NCBI RefSeq assembly: GCF_004010195.1
Contig: NC_057751.1
Location: 5,216,199-5,257,503, forward strand
Reading direction: 5' to 3'
Source: Chiloscyllium plagiosum
Taxonomy: Eukaryota
DNA: 41,305 bases
In this document: one piece after another, positions 33,126 through 41,305 of the stretch
Position numbering within the stretch: the stretch's first letter is position 1
How the letters are laid out: every line of letters begins with the position of its first letter
Notes under the pieces: generated by a model
The model's database searches: none
The model's input: only the letters and a program-made list of their open reading frames with translations
Told to the model about the DNA's origin: nothing
Program-made: the position numbers and the translations under genes

Positions 33126-33949
33126 CACATCCACCAGATTCACTTCTCACTCAATCCTGCTCCTTAATGAGCCTTGTGTAAACAGCCCCACATTCACTTC
33201 CTGCTCCACCAACTGTTCCTTTTCCAAACTTTCCAGAAGATTTTGACAAACTGGCAGTGTCCCTACCTCTGGACCGAGAGGCCCAAACTCAAGCCCCACC
33301 TGCCCCAGAGGGAATGTGTGTGTGTGTGTGTGAGGGGGATAGAAACTCTGAACAGGTTGATTACAAATAATTCTCCCCTCCTCCTCCTCCTGCTCCTGGC
33401 GTGGCCATTCAGCCCAACCTCCCCATTGGGACAATCTGCAGCTCACCTCTGCTCAGTTGAAAGCAGACTGAAACAGCCCTGAGGCACAGGCAGACTTTTT
33501 TTGTGGTTTTATGTTTGTGTGTGAGACTGTAACATGCTGCTTACCAGGGGTGAACCCTCCCAGTCCTGAGGAACTGATAGTGAGTGGTCTGGAACTGGTG
33601 CCTTGTGGTGATCAGTGACAATGTGAGATTGAGGCTAACTCCCTCATGACTGTTCTCTTGGGAACTGAGTGCTCTGCCATATTGACTCAGTCATCTTTCA
33701 AATCTCTTACTCCACACTGAGTACCATGATGGACAGTGATGGACAGGACGAATGAGACCGAAACAGGCTGAGCATCCCAGTAATAGCCCAAACTATCTGT
33801 AACCTCAGTGATTATCTGCAAAGGACAACAAAATCAAAGCAGGAGCTGGGATTCTCTGCCTTTTTGAGGACTCCTGTTCTTGAACCTTTACTTTAACAGA
33901 GTGCAATGCATTCTGAAGGTGTTCTGGTGTTCCTCATTGTGTCTGGTTG

Positions 33950-34282
33950 AAACTGACACGATACTGAGCGGCCTGGATAGAGTGAAGGTGGAGAAGATGT
34001 TTCCAACAGTGAGAGAGACTGGGATCCGAGGGCACAGCCTCAGAGTGAAAGGACAACCCTTTCAAACTGAGATAAGGAGGAATGTCTTCAGCCAGAGGGT
34101 GGGGAATCTGTGGGACTCATTGCCACAGAGGGATGTGGAGGCCAAGTCAATGAGTGTATTTAAGACAGGTTCCTGGTGTGTAAGGGGAATGATTACGGGG
34201 AGAATCCTGGAGAATGGGGTTGAGAAATGATGGAGCAGACTCAATGGGTTGAATGTCCTCATTCTGTTCTGATATCTTATGA
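33950..34282 (+). mobile_element. CR1-type LINE 3' fragment
   Basis: ILSGLDRV...RGHSLRVKG...RRNVFSQRVGNLWDSLP; tail ending tcttatg. Confidence 0.8.
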
Positions 34283-34288
34283 CCTTTC

Positions 34289-34916
34289 TGTTCTGGACTA
34301 GGCCAGGCCACTCAAAACATTCTTAAGCAGGCAATTTGTTTCGGTAAATGTACAGTGAAAATTACCCGGGGTAAGTTAGCGAGGTTGACCACCAGGTTTT
34401 AAAACAGACAGAAAATGTATTCACGAAATTACACAATGAAATGCAAAGAACAGAATAAAAAACCCCTACAGAACTCAGTCTATCCAAACTAGACTTAATT
34501 GTGATGTTCTGAATATATACAACAGTCCCAATAAGCAAACCCCCTTAAAAAAAACTAGTAAAAATGGAACAAATGCTTCCAGGTTGAAGTTAGAAGGGCA
34601 GAAGGAGAGAGAGTTTAGCAGCCTGTTCACACAATCCACAGCTGAACTCTGAGCTAGTTCTGGACTGAACTGCCCAGCTCGAGAGCTGACCACTCCCCTT
34701 CCATTGTACAGGTCACTTCTAAAACATGACCACTTTGGCCTGAAGTCTCATCTGTTTACAAAGAAACAAAAGGCCTCTCAAAATCCTTTCTCATTCTGTA
34801 CCAAACTAGTCACCTCAGAGCCAGAAGGGTTTTATGACACCTTTGAAAACATCAAGGACACAGTATCCTTGAGGAAAGGAACAGCTTTTAGAAAAAAAGA
34901 GACTAGCTTTATGACA
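34289..34916 (-). mobile_element. Probable solo LTR related to 30063-30626
   Basis: TGT...ACA termini. The minus-strand 3' end cctggcctagtccagaaca resembles tttggtctggtctataaca, and gtgaatacattttctg resembles gtaaataaattctg. No clean TSD. Confidence 0.5.
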
Positions 34917-35495
34917 CATCTTTTGAAATCAAGTTGTAAAGTGATCTTCAAACAGAGAAATTGTAACTGAATCAAACTGTGGTCCTCAGATTTAGATAGA
35001 CAAACTATCCTCACATGGGGAGGCCCTCATTCTGACAATGCAGAGCCCAGAAACAAGCTGGGTTATCTGTTGGGGGACTGGAGTGCATTTGAAGGAGAAT
35101 ATATCGGGATTTGCTCAGTTCAGACTCAGTACACATACTTTCCAACTCTTCTCACTGCCCTTTGTCGATGAGCTTGATGGAGAACATTTCATAACCAGAA
35201 ATTACTCAGGTTGCAACTGAACCAAGTGGTTCAGAGGCTTTATATATGTATATTAATAGATACCCAGGAGGGAGTTACAGACTAGAATCTCATCAAGGGG
35301 CTCATATACATATATATAATATATATATAATATGATGGATGTTTTTGTCAAGAGTGGGCATGGGAGATGGTGTACAGAATAACAGGTACCTGGATGTGAA
35401 TGATGATTGGCAAGTGGACAGATAAAATTCAAATGCCAACTTCTAACGCAATGTTTATGTAACTCTGTATCAGTCACCATTCAGAGGACATCCCT

Positions 35496-35535
<40 letters not shown>

Positions 35536-35989
35536 CTTGAACTTTGTTTCATGACCATTTGTTCAGATTTAGCAGAACCAAATGTTTGTGATGTATTGCA
35601 GCCATCTTTTTTTTTATTTGCTGTGGTATTTTACTTTAGTAAAGGGTTGGCTATCAATCACTTTCTGGAAGAATGGTCCTTTGGGACAGAGTCATTTTTG
35701 TAAAGAGTACCTCCAGTTGCCCAGGCATCTCGCTCCCATTCATCGCGACCTTACTTTCTTGTTTCCTCTTGAAGAGTCTGCTCTTTACTCCAGCTTTTCG
35801 TCATCTGACCTCATTTTCTCATGGGGCTTGGTATCAAATCGCAATTAATGTTGAAGCTGTTCAAAGCCTTTGGCAGTTTGGTTTCTTCATGTTGCTGTAC
35901 AAATACAATATTTTTTTGTTCTCCTGTGTAAGGGAATTCCAGTGAATTTGATCCGGAAGATTCTCTGGGGACTTGGGCATGTAAACCCA

Positions 35990-36680
35990 ATCCATTGCCT
36001 ATTGAAGATGGAGATGTGGAGGAATTTCTTCTCTCTGAGGGGAGTGAAGTTGTGGGATTCTTTCCCGCTGAGGGATGTAGAGGTTGTGGGTGGGGGTGGG
36101 GGGTCATTCAATCTATTCAAGGCTGAGATAGAGAGATTTGTAATCAGTGAGGGGGAACGAAGGGCAATGGGGAACAGGCAGGAAGGGGGAATTGAAGATG
36201 ATTAGATTAGCCCCAATGGTGGGGCAGACTCAGTGGGCTGAATGGCCTCCTGCTGCTCCTCCCACCGAGGGGATGGGGAGTGTTGCAGCTGGGTCTCGAT
36301 AAGCTCAAGCTGTTTTCTTTGAAACAGAGAAAGAAGAGGAGTGATCAGATTGAGATGTGTAAGGTAATGAGGAGCAAGGATAGGAGGGACAAAGAACAGC
36401 TGTTGCCTTCAGTGGAAAGGTGAATGACAAGGGAGCAGAGATTTCAAATGAAAGACAGCAGGTTTAGAGGGAACTTGGAAAAGGCTTTCCTTTCAGAGTG
36501 TGCTCGGGGTCTGGAGTCTCAGCTGGGGAGGGTGGCTGAGGTGAGAAACATCAAAAACTTTTCCACAGTATTTCAATGAGCGGTTGAAATGTCATGGGGT
36601 GTGGAAAACTGAGACGAGCATTGGTCGCAGTACGTTTTTGGTTGTACAGACTAGATGGGCCAAAGGGTCTCTTCCACCCT
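35990..36680 (+). mobile_element. Two adjacent old CR1-type 3' fragments
   Basis: EMWRNFFSLRGVKLWDSFP with tail gggctgaatggcctcctgctg; second fragment ends gactagatgggccaaagggtctcttc. Confidence 0.65.
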
Positions 36681-37224
36681 CTTCCTTGACCTGATGCCAC
36701 GAGACTTCCTGGGATCTGGAGTCATGGAGTCTGTGTGTTCAGAGACGGCTGAAATATTCAAGTGTCCAAAAACATCTGGCCAAAAAGTAGACAAAACCTT
36801 CACAGAGCTGGCTGAAGCATGAGGGAGCCATTTCAACATGGAAGAGAAAATGTCTCCCCTGATGACAATTTGTGGAATACTGAACACAGTCATGTTGCTA
36901 TGAGGCAGGATCTGTCAGGAAATAAGTGAGATTAGATTGCAGAGAAAGATGAACAGTGAACTGGTCACTCAGACAACAACTGGCCACAAGGTATTACAAA
37001 TTAGTTATGCCAAGACAGTATGTGAGCAACTGGAAAGGAGGGTTTGGGGAAATGACCCTGAAGGACAGTTGGAGGTGATCAGGACAACCTGGAAAGAATT
37101 CCAATTTGGGAATAGAATGGAAAACCAGCCAGAAAATGGAGGAAGATGCAAATTGAAGTCAACACTCTTGGGATTCCAACTGGAATTCAAAATTTCACAG
37201 AGAATATGTCCATTGGGCAGAAAG

Positions 37225-37570
37225 TGGCCCGTTGGTATGATCGCTGGAGTGTTAATTCAGAGACCCAAGTAATGTTCTGGAGACCCTAGTTTGAACCCAG
37301 CCATGGCAGATGATGGAATTTCAGATCAATAATATCTGGAATTAAGAGTCTAAAGATGACCGCAAATCCGTTGGCAATTGTTGGGAAAACCCCATCTGGG
37401 TCACTCATGCCCTTCAGGAAAGGAATCTGCCATCCTCACCTGGTCCGGCCTACATGTGACTCCAGACCCAAAACCAATGTGGTTGACTCTCAACTCCCCT
37501 CTGAGCGATCAGGGATGGACAATAAATGCTGGCCTGGGCAGCAATGCTCTCATCTCGAAAATAAAACAAA
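37225..37570 (+). mobile_element. Near full-length tRNA-derived SINE
   Basis: A-box-like TGGCCCGTTGG, B-box-like GTTTGAACCC, central aaggaatctgccatcctcacctggtccggcctacatgtgactccagaccc, tail agggatggacaataaatgctggcct and an A-rich end. Confidence 0.75.
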
Positions 37571-38640
37571 AACTGAAGAGCAAGTTTGTAATTTGGGGAT
37601 CAGATGTGTGGGTTCCTTCGAACAGGGACACCCTGATATCCCAGTGGAGGTAACTTGCAGTGGATATCGTTCAATAAGTTTTAGAACTGTAACTCACTTT
37701 CTGAAGAGAATGTGCATTTATCCCCTCAGCTCATGTGTGTGCCATCAGCTGACAGGGTGGAGATACTCAGTAGGAAGTTGGTGGGTGGATCAGGCAATCC
37801 CTGAACCAGGCACGAGCAACCAACTTTCAAAGTGACATGACCGCAGGCAATCTTCTGGAAGTCCCTGAGAGAAACCCTTCACCAAACACCTTCCCCCTGC
37901 CTGAACTTTAACCCAAGCACAAACCTTCAGAGCCCAAATGAAATACAGGTTGCAGAAGAGCGAGGTGAAGCAGCGATCATCAGCGAGGTGGTGAATAGTC
38001 TTCAAACCCATGAGCAGAGTAGGCAAGGACTGGGTGTGGAAGTCAGTGGGAGGAGAGAGTCATCAGATGGTCAGGTCATGGATGCAGAAAATGACACAAA
38101 GTAGATATGGAGTCATGCTGCATTCAGCAGAGGTAAAGGATAACATCAGACTTTTGGGAAAGTAGCTATGTATGACCAAAGTATGACCAGAACCTGGGTG
38201 AAGTTCCCCAATTTGTCCCAGGCAGCATGACCCAAACCGCTCAGCTCCTGGGTGAAGAGATATGGACTTGGCTATCAGTTTTGATTAACTGCTAATGTAA
38301 ATCCCTGGAGTTTTTTTTTCTCCTGCAGTGAGAACCTCGGAGTTCTGACAATAGCAGCAGTAGCAGCTTGCAAAAGTGAGAGCCAAAGTGTCATTGCAAT
38401 CATTGCTGTCCATGGAATCTCTGAGGGACTACACAGCAAAGAGGAAACTTTACTGATGGACTCCCTCAGTTAGTGCCAACAATGTGACTTCACAAACGAT
38501 CCCCTCCCTTGTGGGGCTCTTTCTCTACAAACCAAATCAATTCACTTTTGAAAAATAAAGCCAACATTACAATGCCTCCTCTAGTTTTCATTGGAGTGAG
38601 TTTATTGGTTACTAAACATCAGAAGTAGGAATAATCCCAG

Positions 38641-38672
<32 letters not shown>

Positions 38673-39675
38673 CTGGAGTAGGAACTAAATCCAAGAAAAG
38701 ATAAAAGTTTGAAATAAATCTGACCAATCCCTGATTTGTTTGTGAAGAGTACATACTGAAACATTGCAGCTATTATCAGGGTCTACAGTTATTGACAGTA
38801 CTGATGCTCGAGTTTGGACACTCCACATTGAGATTCTTGGTTATGTAAGTTGATTGAAATTAAGTTGTCCTCATTCTGTGCGACGGTGACTGTCTGCTAG
38901 AGTGTGCTAGAGTCTCAGAGTGAGAGAGCGCTTTTTTCCTTTACTTTACCTGCAGTGCAGGGGTTAATTGGTTGTTCTAAATGCTATGAGCTTCACTGCA
39001 CTGTAGTCCATAGACTGGGATGTTGCACCACTAAATACACACAGGTCAGGGTTGAAACTCACGATGAACCCCTGATTTCTGTCTCTCCCAGGAAGGGTAA
39101 AACACCAACGTATTTGCAGGAAATGGTTGTCTGCCTCTTGTTACCTGTGCCTTTCTGATATTTCTGTTTGAAAATTTCCCTCTCTCCATCCAGGTGTAAC
39201 ATTCCATGGGTTCACACAGGACTCTCACTGAATTTCCATCTGCAGTCATTTAGTTTGGACTTTCAGTGTCCTTGTTAAAAAGACAGGTTGGCATTCAAGG
39301 TTAGCTGTGTCCATTGGTCAGCTGATGGAGGTAATGACATGCTGGTGGCTGGAGAGGTGCAGGGATAAATATTATTGGGTTAACAAGGGAGGGGTAAACA
39401 CAATGACTGATCAGAGGCCGAGGGATAAACACATTGAGATGACTTGTCGTCTGATGAGTTGTCTTGTTTTCCTGCCCCACCCAATCTGGCCAGTTAACAA
39501 AATGGAAATTTTTCATCTCTCTGCTGCTGAATAGGATGGAAATCTGAGCCAGATGTGTGTGAAAGGACCTCCAGTTAGCTGTTATCCCTTACATACCCAG
39601 GAACTCATAATGTTTGCCTGGATATGTACCAGTTCCAGACCAGGGGCTGATCAGGAATTTTATCCACTGGTACTA

Positions 39676-39817
39676 CAGAGGAATCTCCATTATCTGAAGA
39701 TCACAAGGTCCCCATGCTTGGCTAAACGGTGTTATCCAGCATTTGATTATCCGAACATTCAATTATCCAAATGAAATACTCCCTACTTGTGTTGATCGGA
39801 TAATTGAGGTTCCTCTG
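39676..39817. mobile_element. 142-bp Tc1/mariner-superfamily (pogo/Tigger-like) MITE
   Basis: TA on both sides (39674-39675, 39818-39819). 22-bp terminal inverted repeats CAGAGGAAtCTCcATTATCtGA vs CAGAGGAAcCTCaATTATCcGA (19/22). Internal TTATCC subterminal repeats. Confidence 0.85.
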
Positions 39818-40162
39818 TATTGCCTACTTTGGGTCCTCATCTTCTTCTGAAGACTTTCCATCTCTCTGAAAGTCAATGACGTAGGCCACTGGTGGGGAAG
39901 GGAAGTTGAAGCAGATGATCAGATTATCAGCCCAGTATTCAAAGGTTTAGCAAGCTCAATGGGCTGGATGGCTGAGCCTTTGTTTCTCAGACACACCCCA
40001 ATGGTTCTTCAAGTCTATTTGATTTGCCCCAGTCACTTTCTCCATGTGGGGCTGTTGGGCTCCAACACTGTGCTGGGTGTGAGAGCTACGTAAAACCTTC
40101 TCCTGTCATCAGTCACACAGACCTTACTACTGCAGTCACCACAGGTTAACACCTGGCACTTA

Positions 40163-41305
40163 CAACATAGAAAAGTACAGCACAGAACACGCCCTTCGGC
40201 CCATGATGTTGTGCTGAGGATTAATCCTAATCTAAAATAAAATAATCTAACCTACACTCCCCTCAACTCACTGCTGTTCATGTGCATGTCCAGCAGTCGC
40301 TTAAATGTCCCCAATGACTCTGCTTCCACCACCACACCTGGCAACACATTCCATGCATTCACAACACTCTGCATAAAGAACTCTGACGTCTCCTTTATAC
40401 CTTCTTCCTAAAATCTTCAAACGATGACTTCTTGTACCAGTCAATCCTGCCCTGGGGAAATGTCTCTGGCTGGTGACTCTAACCATGCCTCTCATTACCT
40501 TGTACATCTCAAATAAGTCACCTGTCTTCCTCCTTCTCTCCAGAGAGGACAGTCTGAGCTTAGTCAACCTCCCTTCTTAAGGCAAGCCCTCCAGTCCAGG
40601 CAGCATCCTGGTAAACCTTCTTTGCACCCTCTCCAAAGCCTCTATCTTTCCTATAGTGGGGCGACCAGAACTGGACACGAAATTCCAAGTGTGGTCTCAC
40701 CAGGGACTTGTGGGGCTGCAGCAAAACCTTGCTGCTCTTAAACTGGATCCCCCTGTTAATGAAAGCCAAAAACACCATATGCTTTCTTAACAACCCTGTC
40801 CACTTGGTTGGCAACTTTGAGGGATCTATGTACTTGCACAGCCAGATCTCTCTGTTCCTCCACACTGCCAAGAATCCTGTCTTTAATCCTATATTCAGCA
40901 TTTGGGTTCGACCTTCCAAAATGCATTACTTCACATTTTTCCAGGTTGAACTCCATCTGCCATTTCTCAGCCCAGCTCTGCATCCTGCCTATGTCGTGCT
41001 GCAGCCTGCAATAGCCCTTGATATTATCAATGGCACCTCCAACATTTGTGTCATTGGCAAATTTACTAACCCATCCCTCAATCTCTTCATCCAAGTCATT
41101 TATAAAAACTACAAAGAGCAGAGGCCCAAGAACTGAGCCCTGTGGGACCCCCCTCACCAGTGACCTCCAGGCAGATTACTTTCCACCTACAACCACTCTC
41201 TGCCTTCTGTCAGCCAGCCAATTCTGAATCCAGATAGCCAAATCTCCCTGTATCCCATACTTCCTGACTTTATGAATGAGCCTACCATGGGGAACCCTAT
41301 CAAAT
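40163..41305 (-). mobile_element. CR1-type LINE 3' portion (RT and C-terminus), continuing beyond the window
   Basis: GVPQGSVLGPLLFVVFINDL...SKFANDT (FADD motif degenerate), WQMEFNLEKC, LVRPHLEF; frameshifted; tail ttttctatgtt. Confidence 0.92.

Overview
Vertebrate genomic DNA, inferred to be from a cartilaginous fish (shark-like repeat content: CR1-type LINEs, HE1-like SINEs, Penelope-like elements), with two assembly gaps (3398-3607, 14207-14519). It holds the last coding exon and probable 3' UTR of an ARHGAP25 ortholog (+ strand, CDS 651-846) and a complete two-exon BMP10 gene (- strand; exon 1 CDS 32855-32528, exon 2 CDS 28754-27820; 420 aa; RIRR furin site; 109-aa mature TGF-beta domain). 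The two genes are tail-to-tail, as in human. The rest is repeat-rich: nested CR1 LINEs, tRNA-derived SINEs, solo LTRs, a Tigger-like MITE, and two minisatellites. The most notable signal is a dispersed set of short Penelope-like element (PLE) ends carrying a minimal hammerhead-ribozyme core (CUGANGA-A-stem II-GAAAC-GUC) with covarying stem II. One copy has an intact core and lies in sense within the putative ARHGAP25 3' UTR, next to a second degenerate copy and a perfect 42-bp hairpin. Candidate cardiac regulatory motif clusters lie around BMP10. All family and gene names come from recognising motifs by eye; no database search was run.
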